Below, piece by piece: positions 17,484-25,442 of a stretch of 55,925 nt of DNA. This DNA is from a virus (Duplodnaviria; Caudoviricetes): the IMG/VR virus record IMGVR_UViG_3300042465_000494, positions 1 through 55,925 of that record; one strand, 5' to 3'. A program made the translations under genes and the position numbers. Under the pieces are notes generated by a model, which saw nothing but the letters and a program-made list of their open reading frames with translations, was not told the DNA's origin and ran no database searches. How positions within the stretch are numbered: position 1 is the first letter of the stretch; every line of letters begins with the position of its first letter.

Positions 17484-17774
17484 CTAGGTGTTTTCCCCTA
17501 GTAGGGTTTTGACGTCTTCCAGCAGTTCCATCTCGGTAAAGCCCCAGTGCTTGGGGAAGCCCTTTGTCCCGAGGCCATGGAGGCCCGTCTTGCCCCTGTG
17601 GTGCTCTGGGCATAATGGGATGACGTCCATGTGGCTTGAGCGCCCCCAGCCCCCTGCTAAGGCCCTTGGGTGGTGTAGCTCGGCAGGGGTTCCCTCATAC
17701 CCCATGCGCCTGCACACTGCGCAGCCAAGCTCGGCCACCCGGGACATGTGACGCTTCTCAGCCTTGGTGGTCAT
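17484..17774 (-). CDS. Ref-like (RecA-dependent) HNH nuclease
   Basis: HM..VA..GC..C...PAELHH.R...SH..VIPLC.EHH motif. Confidence 0.8.
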   Translation of the reverse strand: MTTKAEKRHMSRVAELGCAVCRRMGYEGTPAELHHPRALAGGWGRSSHMDVIPLCPEHHRGKTGLHGLGTKGFPKHWGFTEMELLEDVKTLLGENT

Positions 17775-18115
17775 GCCACAGCCTTGTCGATGGCCCTGTT
17801 GGACGCCTCCTGAGACCGCCAGACGTCGATTCGAGCTTGGGCGGCTACCAGCATCCACTTGAGGTACTCCTCCCTCTCCACGGACTCCCTGATGGCCTCC
17901 AGATGGGTTTTGTAGCTTGGGTGGCTGTATGCCTCCCTCTCCTGAGCGTTGACGGCCTCAATCCCCCGGGCAAGGGCGTCCTTGCACAGCTCGGCCTTGA
18001 TGGTCTTGCGGTACTCCTCCATGTACGTCCTGTCGGACTTGGCTTTGGCGTATTCCTTCGCCTTGCTCACCATGTAATCAATGGCCTCGTGCGGGTCAAC
18101 CGTGCGATCACTCAT
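17771..18115 (-). CDS. Helical hypothetical protein, possibly UvsY-like, 114 aa
   Basis: AQEREAYSHP.Y...W...WRSQEASNR helical pattern; coupled to the Ref-like gene. Confidence 0.6.
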   Translation of the reverse strand: MSDRTVDPHEAIDYMVSKAKEYAKAKSDRTYMEEYRKTIKAELCKDALARGIEAVNAQEREAYSHPSYKTHLEAIRESVEREEYLKWMLVAAQARIDVWRSQEASNRAIDKAVA

Positions 18116-18306
18116 GTGTTTTTGCTCCTCAACAATTCTTCAATGGCTCCGAGCAGCTCTAAGTCGCTGAACCTGCGGAAAAGATCTTCTATTTCCTCAA
18201 AGGTTAGCCCTACCCACTCACGCTTTGCAACGATTGCAGATACAGCGGCTTTGCGCATAGCAGCTTCACGCTCGATGCGGTTGAACTCGTCGTCTTCTGT
18301 GTTCAT
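18112..18306 (-). CDS. Small hypothetical protein (EWVGLT.EEI...KN type)
   Basis: ATGA-coupled; C-terminal motif shared with the 19643-20197 product. Confidence 0.6.
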   Translation of the reverse strand: MNTEDDEFNRIEREAAMRKAAVSAIVAKREWVGLTFEEIEDLFRRFSDLELLGAIEELLRSKNT

Positions 18307-18512
18307 GCTTCCACCTCCACTGGCACATCGCGCCATTCGCCACGGCTGGGAGACGGCAGCACATTTCCATCCTTGTCTGTGACGTGAACCGAAAGCGTCA
18401 CATAGATGTCCTCCCACCATTGCTGGAGGATGCGAACAACTTGTCCAGTATTGGAGCCGGGGTAATGAGGCTGGCTTCGCTCAACAAAGCGCAGTTTGTT
18501 TGTTGCTTTCAT
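18303..18512 (-). CDS. Small hypothetical protein (LRFVER...LQQWW...EWRDVP)
   Basis: ATGA-coupled, GGAG RBS. Confidence 0.6.
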   Translation of the reverse strand: MKATNKLRFVERSQPHYPGSNTGQVVRILQQWWEDIYVTLSVHVTDKDGNVLPSPSRGEWRDVPVEVEA

Positions 18513-18637
18513 GCTTGCTTCTCCTTCAGTGTTGCGAAGATGCTTTTGCCGCATCGGGCGCATTCGTAGATGTAGAGGTTGGGTGCGCGGTACTTGATGC
18601 CAAAGTTGCTCGGCTCCCAGCGGTGTTTACAGGTCAT
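18509..18637 (-). CDS. Small Cys/His (zinc-ribbon-like) protein, 42 aa
   Basis: C.H.W...C..CG motif; GGAG RBS. Confidence 0.55.
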   Translation of the reverse strand: MTCKHRWEPSNFGIKYRAPNLYIYECARCGKSIFATLKEKQA

Positions 18638-18824
18638 TTTTGCTCCTTGCTTTTGCCAGCGAATCGGTGAGGATGTTGACCTGTCGCTCCATTGCTTCCA
18701 TCTCTGCTGGCCAACTGTTGCGCTCGTCAGCACGGACAAGCTCGGCAAAGCGTTCAAGTCCTCGCGCATATACCGGCCCACCTACCAAACCAGCCTCCCG
18801 CGCCATTTCAATTACGGTCTTCAT
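18627..18824 (-). CDS. Small hypothetical protein (IEMAREAG...LERFAELVRADER)
   Basis: Coupled in operon. Confidence 0.6.
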   Translation of the reverse strand: MKTVIEMAREAGLVGGPVYARGLERFAELVRADERNSWPAEMEAMERQVNILTDSLAKARSKNDL

Positions 18825-19531
18825 GTGTTTTCCTTGATTGCATAGTCGTGAAATATCGCACCCTTGCTTGCTTCACCAACCTTGCAAGACTTGACCCAGA
18901 CGCTCTTGCCTGTTTTTAGCCTTCTCAGGTGGCCTCTGCGCTCATGCAGTCGGGGTGATGCGTGCGTACCCCCTTTAAGGTCTTGGCGGGGCTTGGATGG
19001 CTCAATCCATACCGTTGTCCAGTCGTAGGTTGGCAGCTTGCCTTGCTGTACCTTGCGGCGGTTGGTAAAGGTGTCACGCATAGATGGGATGTAAGCCTCA
19101 ATACGCTGATCCATGGCGCTGTACCAGACACCAATCTGCGCCAGCATGATCTCTGCCAATTCCTTGTCTATCGGCTCATCATCACTGACTGCTCCGTAAC
19201 GGATGTTGTTATCCTCGATGAAGTAGAACATCGCAGGGATGGGGCGCAGCCTTGTGCCGCTTGGCCCCTTCCACATTGACACCGTGATTCCCTCGTTTGG
19301 GTCAGTCCCAGCCACCAGCATAAGAACCTCATAGCTCGGGTGGCTGCGAGTCTTTCCTTTCCAAGTGACAAAGCATTTGTCAAATGGTGGGCGGTGCGTC
19401 ATTACAGGCTCAAGATTGGCGTGTTGATGCTCCGAAAACGCCCCGGTTAGGTCAAACCATTTGATGTCCACAATGTCCACGCCAGCATCGGCCATCAACT
19501 TCATAGAATCACGAACCAGTTGTGTGGTCAT
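18821..19531 (-). CDS. Hypothetical protein, 236 aa, with basic C-terminal HASPRLHERRGHLRR motif
   Basis: Long ORF coupled in operon. Confidence 0.7.
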   Translation of the reverse strand: MTTQLVRDSMKLMADAGVDIVDIKWFDLTGAFSEHQHANLEPVMTHRPPFDKCFVTWKGKTRSHPSYEVLMLVAGTDPNEGITVSMWKGPSGTRLRPIPAMFYFIEDNNIRYGAVSDDEPIDKELAEIMLAQIGVWYSAMDQRIEAYIPSMRDTFTNRRKVQQGKLPTYDWTTVWIEPSKPRQDLKGGTHASPRLHERRGHLRRLKTGKSVWVKSCKVGEASKGAIFHDYAIKENT

Positions 19532-19650
19532 TGTGGTTTCTCCTCGTCATCAAACGCCATGTCTGGGTGCGGCACATCGTCATGCACAACCACACCATCA
19601 ACGGCCTCGATGTACCGCCCACAGATAACGCAGTAATAGCCGTCATCCAT
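19528..19650 (-). CDS. Small hypothetical protein, 40 aa (CVICG...H...H)
   Basis: GGAG RBS; possible metal-binding residues. Confidence 0.5.
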   Translation of the reverse strand: MDDGYYCVICGRYIEAVDGVVVHDDVPHPDMAFDDEEKPQ

Positions 19651-20197
19651 TGTTCTTCTCCTTGAGTTTGGCTTCGATGGCTCGGGCAAATTTGCGTGCG
19701 ATGGAGAGTGTTGCATTTGCCCCTGTTTTTGAATTTACCCACAACTCGTGAATTACCTCATCCGTCAACCCAACCCATTGGCGCTGTGCTGCGGGTGGGG
19801 TGGTGTAGAGGGCAATTGGCTTGAATTCACTTGATGGCTTCTTCCACCGGAAATACTTGTGACCAACTGCGTTCTCACACAAGTACGCCACAGGCTCCTG
19901 CACAGGTGTTGGCTTGGTAAAGGCGTCCAGCAGTGGCGTGCCGTAGGTGTAGCGTTCTTCAGGCTCATAGTCCAGCCCCAACTCTCTGGCGTTCTCTGCC
20001 TTCTTGTTGAGGGCTTCGTTCCGCAGTGCTGCTTGCTGCACGTCGTAGTCGCTCTTCCAGTTCTTGTACCGCACCTCACACAAAGCGCAGCCGCACTTCC
20101 AGTCGTATTCGTCAGGGTCAGAGATCATCCCCTCCCCCTTGACGGGGGCTGGCTTGCTTGGCTCGGGCTCGTAGCCATCCCAAAAGTCATTGCTCAT
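19643..20197 (-). CDS. Mosaic accessory protein (EPVA...PIALY...WVGLT type), 184 aa
   Basis: Motifs typical of lambdoid early accessory genes. Confidence 0.6.
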   Translation of the reverse strand: MSNDFWDGYEPEPSKPAPVKGEGMISDPDEYDWKCGCALCEVRYKNWKSDYDVQQAALRNEALNKKAENARELGLDYEPEERYTYGTPLLDAFTKPTPVQEPVAYLCENAVGHKYFRWKKPSSEFKPIALYTTPPAAQRQWVGLTDEVIHELWVNSKTGANATLSIARKFARAIEAKLKEKNNG

Positions 20198-20523
20198 ATG
20201 CCACCCCCTCTTTTGTTATTGCACGGCCAGCGATTGGACAGCGTGACTTGAACGTAGATGTCTGCGGCTAAGTGGCGCTCGGACGGTATGCGCTCCAGAG
20301 ACTGCCTGACCATATCGCCCATCTGCCCCAAAGTTACCTGCCCCGGTGGTATGCAGATCGTCACGCCGGACTGCGAATCAGCAACCCCAGCGATGTATGC
20401 CAAAACAAATGGTCGATCACTGGTAAACCGAGTAAATAGGTCTTGACCCGTGTAGAGAATGGAGCTGGGTTGAGCCTGTGCGCCACCACAAAGCAGCGCG
20501 GCCAAAAGCAACCCGCGCCTCAC
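20194..20523 (-). CDS. Exported Rap1a/Tai-like immunity-family protein
   Basis: Signal peptide (RRGLLLAALLCGGAQA); TG.DL...YIAGVAD...IC.P..VT.GQ..D.V...L...P..RH..A...WPC pattern. Confidence 0.7.
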   Translation of the reverse strand: MRRGLLLAALLCGGAQAQPSSILYTGQDLFTRFTSDRPFVLAYIAGVADSQSGVTICIPPGQVTLGQMGDMVRQSLERIPSERHLAADIYVQVTLSNRWPCNNKRGGGI

Positions 20524-20729
20524 GACTGCTCCTCGGTAGCCTTGTGCAGATAGGTCGTCAGGCGCTTGATCTGGGCTTCACGGTACTTGCACATAGAGTC
20601 GGCGTACTCACGCGCTGTCTGGGCCTCCAGCAGCCTGCGCTTGCTGTCCTCCAGCTCACGCAAGGCCAGTGCTTCGGCGCTTGGGGTGGTGTAGGCGTTC
20701 TTCGCCCAGTTGATAAGTTCTCGCACCAT
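20520..20729 (-). CDS. Hypothetical coiled-coil protein, 69 aa
   Basis: AGGAG RBS. Confidence 0.65.
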   Translation of the reverse strand: MVRELINWAKNAYTTPSAEALALRELEDSKRRLLEAQTAREYADSMCKYREAQIKRLTTYLHKATEEQS

Positions 20730-20752
20730 GTCGTCTCTCCTTTTTTTGACTT

Positions 20753-21154
20753 TTATGACATTGACCCAACACGACCATCGCGGTAGCGCAATTCACCCCC
20801 TACCCTGCTTGGGAAGGATTCGTGCTGGTCTGCGCCGGGGCGAACGGGTTTGACTTTCAACTCCGCGCCAAGGTATGGATCTTTTGAAAGTGCAAGCTTG
20901 TGAACCGATGGCAGCTTTGCTTTGGTCGCACCAAGCTCCGCAAGCTTGTCTTTGCCCAGCCCGGTCAAGTGCAGCACCCCATCTTGAAGAGATGCCAGCT
21001 TGTCTTTGAGCAGGGGGTCAGTGACCGCCTCGTTGAAGCGGAATATGGAAATTGATGCAAGGTTGGTTCTAAGTAGCTCAGGAGATCTTGGCAGTCGATC
21101 CAAAGACTCTAAGGCTTGATGTATCAGTGAGTTGCGCGTGTATTTTGATTTCAT
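20753..21154 (-). CDS. Hypothetical protein with wHTH-like segment, 133 aa
   Basis: LTGLGK wing motif; own promoter at about 21183-21197. Confidence 0.55.
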   Translation of the reverse strand: MKSKYTRNSLIHQALESLDRLPRSPELLRTNLASISIFRFNEAVTDPLLKDKLASLQDGVLHLTGLGKDKLAELGATKAKLPSVHKLALSKDPYLGAELKVKPVRPGADQHESFPSRVGGELRYRDGRVGSMS

Positions 21155-21201
21155 ATCGGTCTTTCCAGTTGAGGAGTCAACACTTTAACACAGTTTAAGA
21201 A

Positions 21202-21552
21202 TTAGTCAAACTCGGCCACGAGAATTCCACGGCCTGCGCCAGCAATGCGGTAGATGGTGATGGGTTGGAAGTGGCGGTCGTTCAGGCCCAAGGCATCGGC
21301 CATGCCGTCCAGCCCAGCCTTGGCGGCAGAAAGGCAGTTGTCAGCGTCTCTGTGGCGCTTGTCGGGCATGTAGAAGGTCAGGGTGAGGTGTAGGTCGCCA
21401 CCAGCGTGTTGCCAGCCCCCTGCCTGCTTCTTGGTGAGCCAGTAGCTGGTTTCCCGGTATTCGACCTTCGGCTTGTGCATGACACCCCAGTGCTTGCCTT
21501 TGCTTCTGTTGGGGAACAGGATGGCTGGCGGGAAGTCAAGCTCGATTCTCAT
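21202..21552 (-). CDS. rusA: RusA-like Holliday junction resolvase
   Basis: F.MPDKRHRDADN..K...DG.ADAL..ND catalytic motif. Confidence 0.8.
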   Translation of the reverse strand: MRIELDFPPAILFPNRSKGKHWGVMHKPKVEYRETSYWLTKKQAGGWQHAGGDLHLTLTFYMPDKRHRDADNCLSAAKAGLDGMADALGLNDRHFQPITIYRIAGAGRGILVAEFD

Positions 21553-21827
21553 TGCCGATGGCGGTTCATGATGGCGCTGGCTGCGTTCATAAGGGCCGTG
21601 GACAGCTCCCCCTCGTCTTCCTGCTCGGCAAGGCGCTTGCACACCTCGGCGCAGGCTTGGCGCTCCATGTAGATCGCAGACTTGGTGGTCTCAATTGCCA
21701 CTTGCATGATCTCGGCCTTACCCAGCGCCAGCGCCTCATCGAACTCTTGCTGGGTAAACAGGCTGACGTGCCCACCACCGGACAGGATCTGTCGAGCCAG
21801 TTGGCTCATCTCTTTTTTCTCAGACAT
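21549..21827 (-). CDS. Hypothetical protein, 92 aa
   Basis: GGAG RBS, coupled; ER.ACA..C motif. Confidence 0.6.
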   Translation of the reverse strand: MSEKKEMSQLARQILSGGGHVSLFTQQEFDEALALGKAEIMQVAIETTKSAIYMERQACAEVCKRLAEQEDEGELSTALMNAASAIMNRHRQ

Positions 21828-22101
21828 TTGCTTTCTCCTTGTTCATACGCTGCCGCAGGTCATCGAGGGCGGCTTTGCCTCGTCGTTTTTCGATGTCATC
21901 GCAGACTTGCAGCCACCAAGATCTGGCGGCTACGGAGCCGACCTCGCCAATCTTTTTCTTGTGCCGCGAGATCCACTCCCGGGCTTCGCAGTTTTTCATG
22001 TGATCTAAGGTCTCCGGTGACCCAAAGGGATCGTCGTACTGCGGACGAGGAGACGGGGCGACCCTCACGAACTGAATCGAGGGTTTTTTTGGCTTCTTCA
22101 T
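21820..22101 (-). CDS. Hypothetical protein (start uncertain; may be near 21999)
   Basis: CEAREWI...WW...IEKRRG motif; overlaps the 21896-22108 ORF. Confidence 0.5.
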   Translation of the reverse strand: MKKPKKPSIQFVRVAPSPRPQYDDPFGSPETLDHMKNCEAREWISRHKKKIGEVGSVAARSWWLQVCDDIEKRRGKAALDDLRQRMNKEKANV

Positions 22102-22108
22102 ACGTCAT
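21896..22108 (-). CDS. Hypothetical protein, 70 aa
   Basis: Start overlaps the end of the upstream gene. Confidence 0.45.
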   Translation of the reverse strand: MTYEEAKKTLDSVREGRPVSSSAVRRSLWVTGDLRSHEKLRSPGVDLAAQEKDWRGRLRSRQILVAASLR

Positions 22109-22514
22109 CAGGAACCTTGTACATGTTGGCCCTCATATCCCGCTGAAGCTCTTTGAGCTTGGCAAGGGCCTCAGCCTTCAGAATCTCAGTTCTGGCCTTC
22201 TCGTACTGGGTCGGCTGGCGCTCAATTCGTAAGACAGGCTTGACAGGAATGGCAGGGCCGTCGTTGCAAGTCTTGCGGAAGGCAATGGCCGAGGGAGGCA
22301 TGTTGGCCGGAAGGTGGCTCAAGGCGTAGTCCAAGGTGGGCTTGTAGGTCAGGAACTTGCCCAACTCCTTCTGCCAGACCGAGCGCACCAGCTCGGGGTC
22401 AACCTGCTCCCAGTGACGGGTGAAGCTGGCCCCATAGACGGCGCTCATGTAGCCAAAGATGTAGTCCAGCCCTTCGCTGGTCTCACAAAAATCAGTTTCC
22501 AAGTAGTTTGACAT
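22098..22514 (-). CDS. Putative helicase-loader-like replication protein, 138 aa
   Basis: Directly downstream of the initiator; YG..F...W...W...L...PP...F...C pattern; AGGAGG RBS. Confidence 0.55.
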   Translation of the reverse strand: MSNYLETDFCETSEGLDYIFGYMSAVYGASFTRHWEQVDPELVRSVWQKELGKFLTYKPTLDYALSHLPANMPPSAIAFRKTCNDGPAIPVKPVLRIERQPTQYEKARTEILKAEALAKLKELQRDMRANMYKVPDDV

Positions 22515-23235
22515 TGTTGCCACCTCCTAAAAGTCCACGGGTCAGGCCACGGATGACCTCTGCATTACGGTCGCCTTGGCTCTTGAATGAGCCCTTGACC
22601 TCCTTGCCTTCCTTCTCCCACCAAGACGCCTTGAATGCCGCCCACCCACGCAAGCAGCACTCCTTAATCATCGCGTCCACAGTGAGACCTGCCTTCCGGC
22701 ACTCAGCCTCCAACTGGCTCCACGCTGTCTCCGTGAGAGGCAAGTTCTTGGCTTTACGGATTTCCAACCAATCACTCCACACCTTGGCATCAACGCCCGT
22801 AGGGCACAGCACCGCAGGTGCTTTCTTCTGTGTCTTGGGTTTTGGGTTATGTGTCTTGTGTTCTGTGTCTTGTGTAGCATTGCGTTCGGATTGCGCTGGC
22901 AATGCGTTCGCATCACCCTTTTCCTTTTGCCAACGGGCCTTCGCACTCTCGGAGGCCTTGCGAGACTTCTCCCCGGTCTTCTCGATCTCTTTGCTGATGC
23001 GCTCTTTCCACCAACCTTCCGGTGTGCGGTCGAAGAACTCTTGCAGTACGGACGTTATGCAATCGCTATGCGAACGCATGCGGATCAGCTTGGAGATCTG
23101 TTCAATGTCGTCAGGGAGGGGGCGCTCGTGGAGGTAGCACCAGTCGAGCATGCGCCGATAGGCGAGGTCTTCCAGCGGCTCAAGATGAGCTGTGTGCGAC
23201 TGGTAGTCGCCAATGTTGAATTGGTAGTAGTGCAT
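22492..23235 (-). CDS. DUF1376/YdaU-family replication initiator-like protein
   Basis: MHYYQFNIGDY...HL...EDLAYRRMLD..Y..E.PLP N-terminus; W..W...RK.K...T...GW..F C-domain. Confidence 0.85.
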   Translation of the reverse strand: MHYYQFNIGDYQSHTAHLEPLEDLAYRRMLDWCYLHERPLPDDIEQISKLIRMRSHSDCITSVLQEFFDRTPEGWWKERISKEIEKTGEKSRKASESAKARWQKEKGDANALPAQSERNATQDTEHKTHNPKPKTQKKAPAVLCPTGVDAKVWSDWLEIRKAKNLPLTETAWSQLEAECRKAGLTVDAMIKECCLRGWAAFKASWWEKEGKEVKGSFKSQGDRNAEVIRGLTRGLLGGGNNVKLLGN

Positions 23236-23275
23236 ATCAACCTTACTTCGTCGGTTCGCTTCACTGAAGAAACAT

Positions 23276-23320
23276 CGGCAGGACGGTGAAGAATCGTCTT
23301 TTCGGGAGCTACCCTAGCCG
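23276..23320 (-). ncRNA. Candidate small structured regulatory RNA upstream of the initiator gene
   Basis: CGGC-[GGG TAGCT CCC]-GAAAA-[GACG ATTCTTCAC CGTC]-CT-GCCG three-way junction. Confidence 0.45.
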
Positions 23321-23335
23321 TGTTCTAAAAAAATC

Positions 23336-23539
23336 TTACCCCACAAACAGATCCGGGCGCAACTCTTTTCTTGTGACCAGCCCCTGCGTTGCGTTCTCAA
23401 TACTGATCGCCAATGCCTTGGATGCCCTGCGCTTGCCCCAGATGAGCAGGGAGATGTAGGTCGCAGTGATGCCGAGATGTTCTGCCATCTCCACCTTAGA
23501 GCCCCGTGGCTCTGTTGCGAAATACTCTACCAATGTCAT
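23336..23539 (-). CDS. Cro/YdaS-like HTH regulator, 67 aa
   Basis: MAEHLGITATYIS...IE.AT.G.VTR.ELRPD signature; AAGGAG RBS. Confidence 0.85.
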   Translation of the reverse strand: MTLVEYFATEPRGSKVEMAEHLGITATYISLLIWGKRRASKALAISIENATQGLVTRKELRPDLFVG

Positions 23540-23552
23540 GCGGTCTCCTTGT

Positions 23553-23629
23553 TGGTTGCAGGGGGAGGATTTGAACCTCCGACCCTTCGGGTATGAACCG
23601 AGTGCTCCACCAGACTGAGCTACCCTGCT
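23553..23629 (-). tRNA. tRNA with CAT anticodon (Met or Ile2), 77 nt with encoded CCA
   Basis: AGCAGGG TA GCTC AGTCTGGTG GAGC A CTCGG TTCATAC CCGAA GGGTC GGAGG TTCAAAT CCTCC CCCTGCA A CCA folds as a cloverleaf. Confidence 0.93.
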
Positions 23630-23636
23630 GCGCCCG

Positions 23637-23703
23637 ACTATAACATGGTTAAAAAGCAACATGCAAAAAATAATTTAACACAGTTAGATTTTTGTGGTGT
23701 AAT
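23637..23703. promoter_or_regulatory. Divergent early promoters with two TAAC-N3-GTTA sites
   Basis: Minus strand: TTGCAT-N18-TATAGT with extended TG; plus strand: TTAACA-N17-TGTAAT; gene strand switches here. Confidence 0.7.
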
Positions 23704-23736
23704 ACGTCTACGTCGATACGACGGTAAAGGAAAAAC

Positions 23737-23874
23737 ATGACTCTCAAGATACCTCTCGTGACCACCTCTACAGGCATCCACATCGGACTGCTGTACACCC
23801 AACCCCTGCGCATGACCCCGCTGGACTTGTTCTGGCAGAACGTCTTGCTTCGCACGGAGGCCAAAAATGTGTGA
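23737..23874 (+). CDS. Small hypothetical protein, 45 aa (MTLKIPLVTTSTGIHIGLLY...)
   Basis: Hand-translated; AAGG RBS; first ORF after the plus-strand promoter. Confidence 0.5.
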   Translation: MTLKIPLVTTSTGIHIGLLYTQPLRMTPLDLFWQNVLLRTEAKNV

Positions 23875-24046
23875 GATCGACATCGACGTTGACGACTTCA
23901 AGTCGTACCTCAACAGCGTTGACACGCTGCTCATGCTCATCAGATCCAACCGTGTTGACCCCATCGAGCTTGACAAGGTCAAGTTGGCGGTGGCGAACGA
24001 CACGGCATTCTTTTCCGAACTCATCAAACAAGCAGAGGCCGCATGA
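23867..24046 (+). CDS. Small hypothetical protein, 59 aa (MCEIDIDVDDFKSYL...)
   Basis: Hand-translated; GGAGG RBS; ATGA overlap with the next gene. Confidence 0.55.
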   Translation: MCEIDIDVDDFKSYLNSVDTLLMLIRSNRVDPIELDKVKLAVANDTAFFSELIKQAEAA

Positions 24047-24357
24047 CCCCCTTACGAGCCAAATGGTTCAACACCAAAACAGGCATTGTCGGCATCGTGT
24101 ATGCCCAAGATGACTACGAGAACAAAGACTACTTCATCGGCGTTGCGCAGGGCCTGCACGAGCCCATCGACATCGCCAACATCGCCAACATCGGGACGCC
24201 GTTCCCCAAGGATGTAGGTGACTTACTTTTTGGAATCACACATGACACAGATCGACCCGAATCAGGAATACAAGGAGTGGCTGGAGAACCCGAAGCTCCA
24301 GCAAGAGTACAACCAGTGGAGACTAAAAAACGAAGCAGAAAACCTAAAGCAACTTGA
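24043..24357 (+). CDS. Hypothetical protein, 104 aa
   Basis: Coupled ORF. Confidence 0.55.
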   Translation: MTPLRAKWFNTKTGIVGIVYAQDDYENKDYFIGVAQGLHEPIDIANIANIGTPFPKDVGDLLFGITHDTDRPESGIQGVAGEPEAPARVQPVETKKRSRKPKAT

Positions 24358-24406
24358 CCCCAACTTTCAAAACCAGTTCAACCAAATTTTTGGAGCAGAT
24401 AAATGA
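24242..24406 (+). CDS. Small hypothetical protein, 54 aa
   Basis: ATGA overlap with the SSB-like gene; overlaps the previous ORF tail. Confidence 0.4.
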   Translation: MTQIDPNQEYKEWLENPKLQQEYNQWRLKNEAENLKQLDPNFQNQFNQIFGADK

Positions 24407-25059
24407 TTCTCGAAGATACAGGCAGTAATTTCAAACCAGTCCCCGCAGGCATGCACCTTGCCCGGTGCTTCCGCATCATTGACATGGGCACGCAAGAGTC
24501 CACCTTTGAGGGCCAAGTAGACTACAAGCGCAAGCTCAAATTTGTGTGGGAAGTCCACGGCGAAGACGAGGATGGCTCACCCCTCAGAACAGACAAGAAC
24601 GAGCCGTTCATCATCACCAAGGACTACACCAACACTTGGGGCGAGAAGGGCACTCTGCGCAAGGATTTGCAGTCTTGGCGTGGCCGCGAGTTCACACACG
24701 AAGAGCAGCGTCGCTTTGACATCAAGAACGTGCTCGACAAGTGGTGCATGATCAACGTCACCCACAAGGCAGGCAAGAGCGCAGGCAAGGTGTACGCCAA
24801 CGTTACCGCCCTGACCCCTGTGCCGTCTCAGATCAAGACCATTGGCCTTCCTGCGGCGTTCAACAAGGCTGAGATCTTCACCCTGTCAGAGCCTGACATG
24901 AAGATCTTTGACACCTTCTCTGATTGGTTGAAAAAGCAGATCATGAGCAGCCCAGAGTGGAAGTCTTTGCAAGGCCAGACCGAGGCTCCCAAAGCCTCAA
25001 GAGGCTCTCCCAAAGCCTCAAGCGGCTTTGACGACATGGATGACGACATCCCATTTTGA
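24403..25059 (+). CDS. Putative ssDNA-binding protein
   Basis: P.G.H.ARC..IID.GTQ N-terminus and acidic DDDIPF C-terminal tail. Confidence 0.7.
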   Translation: MILEDTGSNFKPVPAGMHLARCFRIIDMGTQESTFEGQVDYKRKLKFVWEVHGEDEDGSPLRTDKNEPFIITKDYTNTWGEKGTLRKDLQSWRGREFTHEEQRRFDIKNVLDKWCMINVTHKAGKSAGKVYANVTALTPVPSQIKTIGLPAAFNKAEIFTLSEPDMKIFDTFSDWLKKQIMSSPEWKSLQGQTEAPKASRGSPKASSGFDDMDDDIPF

Positions 25060-25076
25060 CGAGAGGCCCGTTAATC

Positions 25077-25442
25077 ATGAGAGAACCTACAGACACAAAA
25101 ACTGTGGACATGTTTAACGGGCCTGCTCTGGGGTCACACCCCCGGATGTTGGCCCGTACAACAGATCCCTCGACCAGCCATGCTGCCGCTCAAAAATCAA
25201 AGCACCTTGCCTATCAGCACTTTGAAAAAATTGTCAGTTGCCTGAAAAGGCACGGGGCAAGAGGCAAGGACGGCATAGCTGAATTGACCGGGCTTGATGG
25301 CAACCAAGTGGCAAGGCGGCTGCCTGAGTTGGCTCGGCTTGACTGCGTCGAACTAACGGGTCGATTGACACTTTCAAAATCAGGGAGGGCAGAACGTGAG
25401 TGGAGGTTTTTGTCTGACCTACCAAAGGAGCAAACAACATGA
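25077..25442 (+). CDS. Winged-helix DNA-binding protein
   Basis: ARTTDP.TSH.AA then HTH (RRLPEL) and SGR..R.W wing. Confidence 0.7.
   Translation: MREPTDTKTVDMFNGPALGSHPRMLARTTDPSTSHAAAQKSKHLAYQHFEKIVSCLKRHGARGKDGIAELTGLDGNQVARRLPELARLDCVELTGRLTLSKSGRAEREWRFLSDLPKEQTT

Noticed and set aside
23553-23629. tRNA as attP site
   Set aside because: No integrase found and no duplicated tRNA 3' end
24985-25027. 21-nt tandem repeat in the SSB-like gene
   Set aside because: A simple duplication (PKAS twice) in a flexible linker; no sign of a separate function
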